From: Felis catus
Taxonomy: Eukaryota
Reading direction: 5' to 3'
DNA: 64,000 nucleotides
NCBI RefSeq assembly: GCF_018350175.1
Contig: NC_058368.1
Location: 44,208,001-44,272,000 of the forward strand
In this document: positions 52,653-64,000 of the stretch, in pieces
Layout: every line of letters begins with the position of its first letter
Position numbering within the stretch: the stretch's first letter is position 1
The notes under the pieces: model-generated
The model's database searches: none
The model's input: the letters and a program-made list of their open reading frames with translations, nothing else
What the model was told of the DNA's origin: nothing
Position numbers and translations under genes: made by a program

Positions 52653-53540
52653 TGCTAAAAATTGAATCAAGAGGGTCAGAAGACCAATCTCTATAACTGC
52701 TCTTTCCTAAGAGCACAGAAAAACATTGCTAAAGAATGATTAAATAGCAACTATGCCTTGGAAATTAGGTATTATTGTGGGCTCCTCATATGAATCACCA
52801 AATGTGGGGTCCCCCATTGGATGGAGGGAACCAAATGTGGGGCGACCCAATCAGGTGGAGGACTAGTGTGGGAGGTGAAAGAATTCACCCAAGGTGGAAA
52901 AAAGGAGATAGGTTTACTGAACACAATACAAGGGAACAGTGAGAATAGTGAGGGAGAGACTGTCTGCCAGGAGGCTGTGGTGAGGGTGTAGTTAAAGGGG
53001 GAAGGTGAGAAAGTATGGGCTTTTTTGATACCTGTGTCCTAGTGTAAGTAACTCCTTGGTCAGCTAGGGTTTATGGATATTTTGAGGTCGGTCATCAAAT
53101 GGGTCTGTCTGTATTTAGTCAGGGCATTGGGAGTCACTATGGGTCTTTCTACATTGCTCAGGTTTCCATTGCTCAGGTTGGTTGCCTAAAAGTGAATTAC
53201 GTAGTGTTCTATAGATATTTATATACTTATCTCCCTCAGAACCATTATCTTACATTTTAGGGAAATTCAACTCTTCACTTTCACTGCTCTTCCCAGAAGA
53301 TTATTTGTTTTTATTTCCCTCTCCTGAAGGGAGATTGGGCTGATATCTAACCACCATATATAAATTCTGAGTCTTTCAATTTCAGGATTCCTCTCCTGTG
53401 GTGCAGTCCCACTGCATGAACAGGTAAGATGTTTGGTTTTTATCATGCCACTCCATGGAAAACTGAAGAATAGGGAACTGAATCCAAGATACTCTGTAAG
53501 TAATAAACAGCTTGATCCAAAGATCTTGTCCTCTGTCACA
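52653..53540 (+). mobile_element. ERV1 LTR (MER90/MER110-like), split by a carnivore LTR
   Basis: GGGTCAGAAGACCAAT...TTTCCTAAGAGCACAGAAAA; TATA-like ATATAAATT, TTCCTCTCCTGTGGTGCAGTCCCACTGCA and GTAAGTAATAAA polyA signal. Confidence 0.55.
52803..53192 (-). mobile_element. Carnivore LTR (CarLTR1-like)
   Basis: TGTGGGG...GGAGGTGAAAGAATTCACCCAAGG...GGAGAGACTGTCTGCC...CTCAGGTTTCCATTGCTCA..TTGCCTAAAAG. Confidence 0.75.
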
Positions 53541-54190
53541 CTATTTTATAAAGAGGTGGGAAATTAATCAGGCTTAGGGCACAGATAACAGCCACAGGAA
53601 ACTAACCCCTGGCCTGTAGAGGCAGAAAGAGAGAGTGGTCATTGTGAAACAGGAAGAGTAGCAGCTGAAAGTTAAGAGTCTGGGGATTTAAAACAGTAAA
53701 TTATTATTTCTGTTTCACTGTCTTCACTTTGATCTTTTTCATGTGTGTCTCTTGACCAAATACAAGTGGAAGCCAGACAGCAAATGCATACACTGATGCA
53801 GTTAATCAAGTTCGGACTTCCCGGGCATAGAACATGGTAGAGAAGCGAAGAGTCAATCTGAAAGAGCAAATGGAATAAAGCAAAAATTCTCCTTAAAGAT
53901 TTAATGCTTTATGTTTAAAATACTCTTTTCTTGAACACACTAACTTCCAACCATAAAGTATGGCTGAATTTCACTCTCTGAAATTCCCTGAACTAGACAT
54001 TCTTCTGTTTTAAAATCTCATTCATATCCTGAGTACAATTAAACTGTCTTATCTATCTGTTAATCTTTCTTATAATTTTAAAATCATGTTTCAATGAAAC
54101 ATAACTTCATATATTTATAATTATTATGAATTATTATAATTATAATATTTTATTATCCTCATATTATTTATAAATATTAAATAATTATTA

Positions 54191-54725
54191 TATGGCAGTA
54201 TATGCCTTAAGGTGATTCTCAGTGGGTCATACCCCTGAGTCAGGGTGGAACCTATGAACTGTTTCTAATGAATAGAATAAATAACATGTTACTCCCTTGA
54301 TGGGGTTCCATTACATAAGACTCAGTATTTGGAGGCTGGAGTGAGAGAGCCTCCCTTGCTGGCTTTGAAATAGCATTCTGCCATATTGCAAAAGGGTCTG
54401 TGAGACGACCATATGGCAAGGAGCCATGGGTGGCTTCAAGGAGGTGATTCCAGGCCTATGACCAGCAGGGAAATGCCCCTATAGCTGCAAGAGGACAAAT
54501 TCTGCCAGTTACTTAAATGATATTGAAAGCAGATTCTTGCCAGTCAAGCCTCCAGACAGGAACACAGCTCAGCCAAAATCTTGACTGAAGCTTTGTGAGA
54601 CCTTGAGCAGAGGATCCAGATGAGCTGTGCCTGGACTCCTGAACCAAAGATATTGAGAGGCAATAAATGTGCTGGTTTAAGCCTACAAGTGCATGGTAAT
54701 TTGCCAGAAAACAGGAAATATTACT
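54191..54725 (+). mobile_element. MLT1 (E/F-like) solo LTR
   Basis: TGCTGGCTTTGAA...CCATATGGCAAGGA...AATTCTGCCA...AGCAGATTCTT.CCAGTCAAGCCTCCAGA...GTGAGACC.TGAGCAGAGGA...AATAAATGTG..GTTTAAGCC. Confidence 0.85.
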
Positions 54726-54999
54726 TTTTTGTAATACTGTTTCTTGAAAGATCTCAGGTTTTCTTAAAAGATCTCTCATTACCTTCATGCCACATCTCCT
54801 ATAATTCATTATCTCTTATCATAAAATCTCAACCTTAAGTAACACAATTCTTTCCAGTTGGTATACATACTAGAAAGGAATTTTATTTTATTAATGTAAA
54901 TAATATGAATATAAAGTATAAAAATTTCTCCAAAGTTTACATATATTTTGAGATAAAATATGAGGAAAATATATTTCCTTAAAAGCAGGCCTTTCATAT

Positions 55000-56447
55000 C
55001 ACAATCCCAGACTTTAGTCTCTACTACAAAGCTGTAATCATCAAGACAGCACGGTATTGGCACAAAAACAGACACATAGACCAATGGAATAGAATAGAAA
55101 CCCCAGAACTAGACCCACAAACGTATGGCCAACTCATCTTTGACAAAGCAGGAAAGAACATCCAATGGAAAAAAGACAGCCTCTTTAACAAATGGTGCTG
55201 GGAGAACTGGGCAGCAACATGCAGAAGGTTGAAACTAGACCACTTTCTCACACCATTCACAAAAATAAACTCCAAATGGATAAAGGACCTAAATGTGAGA
55301 CAGGAAACCATCAAAACCCTAGAGGAGAAAGCAGGAAAAGACCTCTCTGACCTCAGCCGTAGCAATCTCTTACTTGACACATCCCCAAAGGCAAGGGAAT
55401 TAAAAGCAAAAATGAATTACTGGGACCTTATGAAAATAAAAATCTTCTGCACAGCAAAGGAAACAACCAACAAAACTAAAAGGCAACCAACGGAATGGGA
55501 AAAGATATTTGCAAATGACATATCGGACAAAGGGCTAGTATCCAAAATCTATAAAGAGCTCACCAAACTCCACATCCGAAAAACAAATAACCCAGTGAAG
55601 AAATGGGCAGAAAACATGAATAGACACTTCTCTAAAGAAGACATCCAGATGGCCAACAGGCACATGAAAAGATGCTCAATGTCGCTCCTCATCAGGGAAA
55701 TACAAATCAAAACCACACTCAGATATCACCTCACGCCAGTCAGAGTGGCCAAAATGAACAAATCACGAGACTATAGATGCTGGAGAGGATGTGGAGAAAC
55801 GGGAACCATCTTGCACTGTTGGTGGGAATGCAAACTGGTGCAGCCGCTCTGGAAAACAGTGTGGAAGTTCCCCCCCCCAAATTAAAAATAGACCTACCCT
55901 ATGACCCAGCAGTAGCACTGCTAGGAATTTATCCAAGGGATACAGGAGTACTGATGCATAGGGGCACTTGTACCCCAATTTATAGCAGCACTCTCAACAA
56001 TAGCCAAATTATGGAAAGAGCCTAAATGTCCATCAACTGATGAATGGATAAAGAAATTATGATTTATATACACAATGGAGTACTACGTGGCAATGAGAAA
56101 GAATGAAATATGGCCTTCTGTAGCAACGTGGGTGGAACTGGAGGGTGTTATGCTAAGTGAAATAAGTCATACAGAGAAAGACAGATACCATATATTTTCA
56201 CTCTTATGTGGATCCTGAGAAACTTAACAGAAGACCATAGGGGAGGGGGAGGGAAAAAAAAAAGAGAGGGAGAGAGCCAAAGCACAAGAGACTCTTAAAA
56301 ACTGGAACAAACTGAGGGCTGATGGGGGGTGGGAGGGAGGGGAGGGTGGGTAATGGGTATTGAGGAGGGCATCTTTTGGGATGAGCACTGGGTGTTGTAT
56401 GGAAACCAATTTGACAATAAATCTCATATATTAAAAAAAAATAATAA
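55000..56447 (+). mobile_element. 5'-truncated felid-type L1 (ORF2 C-terminus plus 3'UTR)
   Basis: Same family as the 11729 element; TSD AAAAGCAGGCCTTTCATAT (54981-54999) / AAAAGCAGGTCTTTCATAT (56448-56466) at a canonical TT/AAAA endonuclease site. Confidence 0.98.
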
Positions 56448-56489
56448 AAAAGCAGGTCTTTCATATTGTTGATTTTCTAAAAATTATTT

Positions 56490-56715
56490 CTTTTTTTATT
56501 ATTTAACTTTTTAAATGTTTATTTATTTATTTTGAGAGAGAGAGAGAGAGAGTAAGCAGGGGAGGGGCACAGACACAGGGAGACAGAATTCCAAGCAGCC
56601 TCCGCAGCATCAGCACAGAAAGTGATGTGGGGGTTTGAACCCACAAACCGTGAAATCATGACTTGAGCCGAAACCAAGAGTCGAGGTCTTAACCAACTGA
56701 TCCACCCAGGCACCC
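56490..56715 (-). mobile_element. SINEC
   Basis: TSD CTAAAAATTATTT (56477-56489 / 56716-56728). Confidence 0.93.
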
Positions 56716-56838
56716 CTAAAAATTATTTATCTGATGCAGACAGTAGTCAAATGAATAAGAGAATGAGAAAGAAAAAGTAAAAACTTACATCCTTTCATGC
56801 TCAGAAATTATATATTGCCAAGTACAAAGGGAAGATTT

Positions 56839-57065
56839 TTTTTTTTTAACAATTTTTTTTTTCAACGTTTATTTATTTTTGGGACAGAGAGAGACAGAGC
56901 ATGAACGGGGGAGGGGCAGAGAGAGAGGGAGACACAGAATCAGAAACAGGCTCCAGGCTCTGAGCCATCAGCCCAGAGCCGGACGCGGGGCTCGAACTCC
57001 CGGACTGCGAGATCGTGACCTGGCTGAAGTCGGACGCTTAACCCACTGCGCCACCCAGGCGCCCC
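56839..57065 (-). mobile_element. Young felid SINEC_Fc-type SINE
   Basis: Perfect TSD ACAAAGGGAAGATTT (56824-56838 / 57066-57080); CpG-rich body. Confidence 0.97.
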
Positions 57066-58771
57066 ACAAAGGGAAGATTTAAGCTCATCAAGATTATTCT
57101 TTATTTATTATAGACAATGTAAGTTTTTCTACAGAAATTTTCGCCACCAAAACAAAGATGCATTAACTGTATCAATAAATAATCTAATAATTGTCAGGCT
57201 ACATTGTTTATGTCATTTACCCTCTGAAGTTAAAGTGTGTAAAAATTTAGCAATCTTTTCACCCTGGTTGTAGCTGGAGAATGATAGCAAGTAGGGATTT
57301 ATTTACTAGTCTCCTTTTAAATGTAATTGTATCAGAGCAAGGTCCCTACTATCTTTCCAGGCTCTGGCTGCTGTTGTGACAATCAGTGCTGGCCCTAATC
57401 TTATTGTTAATGTCAAAGACCAAGCATGACAGCCCCAGACAAGATAGGCTCCAGTGAATGACAGAGTAATCAGTCTGGAAAAGAACTGGCTCATCCATAA
57501 AGGATCAGACGCAGAAAAGTCACTATCAGCATGTTCACATGTTTGCTTCTTTTCTCATTCTGATGGCAGCTAGATCATTTAACATCGTATCCTTATGTCA
57601 AAGATTATTTGAAATTCATGTTATTCTAACACTCTAAACCAAAAGGGATAAAAATGTTGTATATGTCAGTACTATCAATATATGAAATTCAAAATATCAG
57701 TCCATTCTGTGAAAATAATTTTAAAATCTAGGATTATACAAACTCTCCAAAGAAAGTCCCTTCACCATCCCACACTCAATTTTCGACGATGATATGTTGA
57801 ACACTTTCTGTTTAGCTTATAAAGGTGTATAACCTTCTTTGCATCTACTATTCCATTTGGTAATGATGTATATTTTAAGCAATTAAGTAAATTTATATTT
57901 GATGCTCCAAAGACAGGTAGACATTAGTCACTTTAGTATATTGTGCATGTCCAATAATTTTTAAGAACATGAAGTAATTCTATGCAGTAATATTTTATCT
58001 CTGTGAAGTCCTTTATCATATATCTTTTAAAAGGTTAACATTTAAATCTCTTATTAAAGATAATTTATTATATATGGCATCAAAGTGTTAATATCATGTT
58101 TCTATGTTTTCCTCATAACACTTTTTGAAAAATGTACACTATCTTAAGAAATTTTACTATATGTGCATACAGTACAACCAATTTTGTAAATATTCACTTT
58201 TGAATAGTTAATCTCACATAAATGTATCTGGAAAAGAAAAATTGCTCTTCCAAGTATTAAAAGAACTCAAATTAGAACATTAGATAACATTAATACGGTA
58301 TTAATATCTCACTTCAGAATATATAGAGGGAAATATGTTCCTTTTTGATAAATTTATGATAGATTTCCAAAATAACCAAGAAGTAAATTTAGTATTTGAG
58401 AAATATATGGCTAATAAAAAATAAAATGAAACAAACAAAAAAACAAGAAAATGACTATCATTCTACTTTAAGGTAATAGTTAAAATTGTATTTTTGATCA
58501 ATTACATTCTGGTGTCCTATTAACAAATCAGAATTTTTAATAATATGAATTTCCTATGACTATATGATGAGTCACTGTAGTAATGCGATATTGTTTTTAA
58601 TCAAATGTACTTTGATTTCATATCTTATGAATACACATTTATAGACACTTGAATTTTAATTTGTATATATTTTTTGTCCCTTAAAATAACCATCAATTTT
58701 AGGGGTATTGCTAGTAAGAATCAACAATGCATATTTATCTTTAAAATCTATTTCATAGTTATTTAACAATA

Positions 58772-58840
58772 ATTTTTCAGATGTTTATTTATTTTGAGAG
58801 ACAGAGGGAGAGTACACATTCACATAAGCAGGGGAGGGGC

Positions 58841-58873
<33 letters not shown>

Positions 58874-59032
58874 GAGAGAGAGAGAGAGAGAGTGAGACAG
58901 AGAGAATCCCAAGCAGGCTTTGTGCTGTAGCACAGAGCCTGATGCGGGGCTCAAACCCACAAACCATGAGGTCATGACCTGAGCCTAAATCAAGAGTCAG
59001 ATGCCAAACCAACTGAGCCTCTTGAGGCACCC
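58772..59032 (-). mobile_element. SINEC
   Basis: TTTATTTATTTTGAGAG tail, (GA)n and CTGAGCC...GGCACCCC. Confidence 0.9.
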
Positions 59033-59955
59033 CTATTTGATTCTAATTAATATTCCATCTCCCAGCCAGTGGACTTACAGCATTTTAGTTTTTGTTGACT
59101 TTGAAAGAAGCTACTTCATTGGAGGAGAAAAGGTTACTTATTTAATGCTAAAATCAGTAAAAGTTAAATACAGGAGTCAATAATTAAAGAGAATTTTTCC
59201 AATTGATATTTCTGTCAACGATGGCAAAAAAAGAAAAATGGCTAGAAGTGGGCATAGGATCAGGGATAACTATTGGATTTAATTCTTTTTCTTTCCTTCA
59301 AGATGGGTCATATTAGAGCATGTTGACTATTGCTGACAATGATCCATGTGGGAGAGAGGAATAAATAATTCAGGAAAAATAAAGTAAGAACAGTTGGAAT
59401 CCAGGCACTAATCAACTGATTTTGATTTAAAAGGGGCAGGGATATAAAACCCATTTGTATGAAAGAAACTAGAAAATAGGAGTATAGACAGGGCATTTTA
59501 GACATTGGTCCTCAGAAACTGTGTGAGTATCCATTTAATTTATTTGGTATTTTCTCTAAAAGGGAAAGACATCAGCTGATATTATGGGAGAAAGGAGAGC
59601 CCATTAGAAATTTTCAGAAAAAAAGGGAACGATAAACTGGTCAAAAAGGAAAATGGGAAAGCTGAATTAAAATAAAAAAAAAAGATGTTAAGCTTCAGCA
59701 TCCTGATTATAAAATGAGAAATATCAGGACTACTGTGTGATTTCTTGCTTCAACGCTTAATTCTTTCAGTTCAGGCAAACACGATGAGGATATTTGGGGA
59801 TTACCTTGGATTTGTTGTCACCAGATGAGTATAATAAGAAGAGAAGTGGATACAGCATATAGGAATATGTAAAAGTGAGATCACATGAGCTGTTATAAGA
59901 ACAGACCATAAAAAAAATGAGGGTTAAGGATGTCAAAAGGCAAAAACAAATTCTG

Positions 59956-60165
59956 AGGTGCTTGGTTGGCTCAGTTGGTTGAGAGTCTGACTTCAGTTCA
60001 CATCATGGTCTTGTGGCTCACGAGTTCTAGCCCTGTGTCGGGCTCTGTGTGGACAGTTCAGCCTGAAGCCAGCTTTAGATTCTGTGTCTCCCTCTCTCTC
60101 TGCCCTTTTTTTGCTTGCTCTCTGTCTCTTTCTCTCAAAAAGTAAACACTAAATATTTTTTAAAT
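59956..60165 (+). mobile_element. SINEC
   Basis: GGTGCTTGGTTGGCTCAGTTGGTT head, CT-rich region, A-rich tail. Confidence 0.88.
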
Positions 60166-60759
60166 GTAAAACAAATAAAGTAAATTTTAAATTGAATATT
60201 TGTAGGCGGTGATGGACCAAGGAATGGCAACACAGTTAATTAACTGGATGAATCAATATCTCAAAGAATTACAGAAATGGATAGAATTAGGGTGATGTAA
60301 ATGGTGATGTACATGGTGCCATCAGAGAAAGGGATTTCTGAAACTGATACATTGGAATTGGTAGTGTTTTTTTGTTTGTTTGTTTTTTTTATGAGAATCA
60401 AAGTGTATACCATGGAAAGGGATATCTGTGGGAAAAGATAAAACTGTTACAAGAGCAATAATAGTGATAGAAATAGAGATAAAGAAAAAGACAATGAAAT
60501 ACATGCTACATTCACCTGTGAATGGGAAATAGTATTTTGGACTTGGGTCGACACTGGATATGATGTGGGGGAGTTTGTGGTATAAGTTGTTGGCAAGAGC
60601 TAAAACATTATTTGTCTTAAAAGTAAAAACCGTGTAAATGACTAAAAACACACCTCCATACTTTTCAGTATGCATTGCATGTGCACAGTTACAAAAGGAT
60701 GACAGCAATTAATGGAAAGGCATTGAATGGAGCAGTCATTTGTTTATTTGTTTGTTTGT

Positions 60760-61220
60760 TTTGCAAGCCATCTCCTCTCAGCTCATCTCTGACACCATCA
60801 ATAACTGTGACGGACTATTTTCTGTACAGAAACAGAATCTCATCTAGATACCCTTCATGACTAATCTTTCTGCTTTTCTTCCTTAGGGCTTTTCTCTGAT
60901 GTGTGGGGTAATGAACACCTCCAGCAACAACCTTCAAGCAATGGGGAATGGGAGGTGAGGCACAAGTGCTGGGAAGACAAGGGACAGAGCCTCTTGTCCC
61001 TCGGGCAATCTTCTCTAGGCTCAGAGGGCTCAGGTGAGTGGAGTCCCAGCACCTACAGCTGTTACCTGAGAAGCCAAAAATCTTTCCGTGGCTGTTATGT
61101 ATTCAGTGTCTCCTATTCTTTATTCCCATTCCTTCTGCTTCCTCAAATCACTTCCAGATAACCGAGCCATAGCCAACTTCTTTTCACTGACTTCACTTTC
61201 AGAAACTGAAACTGACACAT
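60760..61220 (+). mobile_element. LTR16-like ERVL LTR
   Basis: AGGGCTTTTCTCTG...CAACAACCTTCAAGCAATGGGG...CTCAGAGGG...CCTACAGCTGTTACCTG...TGCTTCCTCAAATCACTTCCAGATAA...AAACTGACACA. Confidence 0.6.
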
Positions 61221-63579
61221 GCAAAAGGTACATATTCACTTAATTTAAGTAAATGATGCAAGCAATTAATTGTGAAAAAGGCCATTGAAAACATGAAATC
61301 TAATAGAATTCTTCTAGTTAGAGAACCAAGTTTCCCTGGTATACAAATCCCCAACACAAGGATCCACTACCTCTTGATAGGGGTGATAAATCTGTTGAGT
61401 CCTTTAGGAAGCTTGGTTTTGCATTTTCAAGGTGTTTCTATATACCTCCCTGGCACTTCTTGTCTTTTGGAGGTAGTCTGCCAACCTGTCTGCTTGAGTA
61501 ACGTGTTGCAAGTAACTTGAGAAACCATACACTCCTGACTGTCAATTACGATGGTGAATTGAAAGCCAATTTGCCACATGGAACATCTCCACTAATAGCC
61601 AACCCTGTCTTGAACTTGGCCGGAAGTGTAATCCTCAGAAGTGAGAAAAAGCCGGCTACAAGCCTTTACAGGGGTGTCTGAGACACAGTAATACAGAGCA
61701 TTATTTGAGCAAGCATTATTTGCCAGACTTACCAGCCTAAATTAGTATTTCCTAATTTAATAAAGTGCAAGAAAATAAATCAACTGGATGAATGTAAATT
61801 TAAACTACCCATCATATGAATCAATGCTATTGCAAACAGTATTATTCTTGCCAGGTTTGAGATGTTTGTCTGCTGTTTGCAGTGGCGCAGCAAGGGCAGA
61901 GGAGTGGATTGTTGGGAAAAGCAATCATGTGCAACCTGTCAATCCACGCAAGAGAGTATGTTGGTGGCAGAAGAGTGTTTGGGGCCTGAGCCATTTTCTT
62001 CCATGGCGAGAAGAAGCTGGCAGAGCCTATGCAAAGCATATGACCTTATTTGGAAATATTTCCCCCTGTTCTGTATTTGATGTGCACTTCTTTGTTTGCT
62101 TAAGTGTGTGCCTCATATAGCACCTGGCCAGCCCCGCTGCCATGTCTCTTCCCAGCGGGGAAGGAATAGGGTCCTTTGCCTGCAGCACAGGGTTAGTGCA
62201 GACCTTTCTCCCTGCAGCAGCTGCGAGGCAGACTCTTGGCACGGGGGTCCCATGTTCACTACTGAAGCTGATCTTAGTCTTGTCTTCTGTCACTGTGAGT
62301 AAAGCCTTGTTTCATCCAGTGTCTGTGTAAGTTGTGTCTTTCTTGGCCACTCCAGTGCTTGCAGATCACGCAGTGGGTTGACATTCTGGGACTGCTGTCC
62401 CTTGTGGCGAGCACTGTTATGCTCTTTGTTATCGTGTACACGATGGGACTCTTCCCTTGGGGTGTACACGATGGGACTCTTCCCTTGGGGCTAGGAATGA
62501 ATGTCACTTGCTCAATAACTTACCATTATTACTAATTTTAAATTATATTTTATTATTAAACATGAGAATTAATCTATCTTTTGTTTAACTTTTGTTTTAC
62601 TTAAAATTGATGGTCCACATATATGCTAAAACCAATTAAGTAGCACATTAGTGCAAATAGCTTAAGAAATGGATACTTCCCAGGAGTAAAATTAGATATA
62701 TAGAAGCTTGATGCAGTTAATAATATTTTTTTAAAAGTGGGTAACGGCACTGTTCTGATAACTGGCTCATTTATATCCCCTCTGGGGGAAGAACTTTTCT
62801 TGATTTTATAAAATTTTAATGTGGTCTACTTTCCAGACAACAATTTGCAAAATTTTTTATTTTCTATTCTAATTCTGCTCCTAAGAAAAGTTGAAATCTC
62901 TTGGGAAATTCATTTAGGGGCTTAGAAAAAGTATTTTTTCCTCTTTGATTCTTTATTTTCCTGCTCTGGCAAATGCACAAGGATTATTCAAACCCTTATT
63001 TCTGCTACAGCTTCAAGAAAGAGTTCACCTGTTTAATAGAGTGACGGGAAGCTTTGTTACTCATTATCCTGTTAACCAAATTCTTCTCTGGGATTCTTGA
63101 ATATCAAATCTCTCTTTATCTTTTATTCATTTTAGACTTTGTCACCTTTTATTCAAAAGCTCTTGGTTCTATTTTTCTCTTTATTACCTATAAGATTTAA
63201 AGTAGGCTTTTAGGATTGCTTTCAAAATAACACCCAAATTAAGTTAAAAATTGTATAATTAAATTACTGATTCAGAAGCAATTCTTCTCAAATCACATCT
63301 CATAAAATAAATGAAAACAAGAGAAAACAACCAATATAAGTATATCTAACAATCATTGAGAAATAACAATTAATTGCTGGAATAATATTTTGTGCTGATA
63401 TGATGGCAATATATTAAATGCGTATTTTCTAGTACTCTTAGGCCCCAAAGAAGGCATTATTATGTTGATTAATCTCATTCTTAACAGAAAAAAAGGTTGA
63501 GTCATATACTCTTTCCAATTCACAATACAAACAAAAACAAATAAAATATACATAATTGGAGATTTAAGAAAAGAATCTT

Positions 63580-63956
63580 GCTGCTTAACAGAATGTATGG
63601 TTTTCCTCTACCTGGATTCAAACCTTGTCTTTCTTCCAGCTTGTGTTTAGTTTTGGCCCTGTGGCTGTTTCTAGCTCATGGCGTAAAAGAAATGCAGTGT
63701 GTCACTTCCATCTTGCTGCATGTATTCCACTCACAATCTTTCTTGTATGCCCTTTTACCTTCCTATGGCTGCATTAATTCTTCCCAGGGCAACCATGGTG
63801 CATTAATGAATTCCTAGACCAAACTCTCTCAGCCCTTGAGTAGGAAAACCCAACACTGGACTGTCACCAAATTTAGAAATAAACTTCTGTTTTATTAAGC
63901 CACAGAAATGCATATGCCGATTATTTATAGCAGATACCACAATCGTAATTAACACA
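63580..63956 (+). mobile_element. MLT1 (J-like) LTR
   Basis: GTGTGTCACTTCC...AGAAATAAACTTCTGTTTTATTAAGCCACAGAAATG...TATAGCAG...TAATTAACACA. Confidence 0.6.
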
Positions 63957-64000
63957 TTGTATCTATGTAATGTTAGATAATAGTGAACTGAAAAATAGAA

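Larger units (their letters stand above)
52611..53885 (-). mobile_element. LTR33-like ERVL LTR split into ~52611-52651 and ~53541-53885
   Basis: TCAGGTCCCAGTAGGGAATAG...TGGGTAA, resuming at CTATTTTATAAAG...CCCCTGGCCTG.AG.GGCAG...ATCTGAAAGAGCAAATGGAA. Confidence 0.5.

Noticed and set aside
49849..62490. 28-33 bp direct repeats as CRISPR-like arrays
   Set aside because: Only two adjacent copies each, no unique spacers, no cas genes, and a mammalian context.

Overview
AT-rich mammalian genomic DNA, almost certainly from a cat-family (felid) genome, judging by the carnivore tRNA-derived SINEs (including young SINEC_Fc-type copies) and felid-type L1. I see no convincing protein-coding exon, RNA gene or prokaryotic system, so this is gene desert or a very large intron. 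The main feature is a full-length but dead 6.1-kb L1 (11729-17829, 17-bp TSD), inserted into an L2 and carrying a SINE in ORF1. There is also a 5'-truncated copy of the same L1 family (55000-56447, 19-bp TSD), an older internally deleted L1M-type element (~29340-33690), about 26 SINEs, a two-LTR MLT1 (MaLR) provirus with nested insertions, several solo LTRs, L2/MIR/L3 relics and microsatellites. I found no new biological system. The most notable observations are mutational scars: a 19-bp copy of a locus 2 kb away embedded in a (TA)-rich microsatellite, a duplicated LTR-host junction, a three-layer LTR nest, short tandem duplications and a TSD-like insertion with no element body. A few repeat-free blocks rich in transcription-factor motifs may be conserved enhancers. 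Repeat family names come from my recollection of consensus sequences, not from a search.
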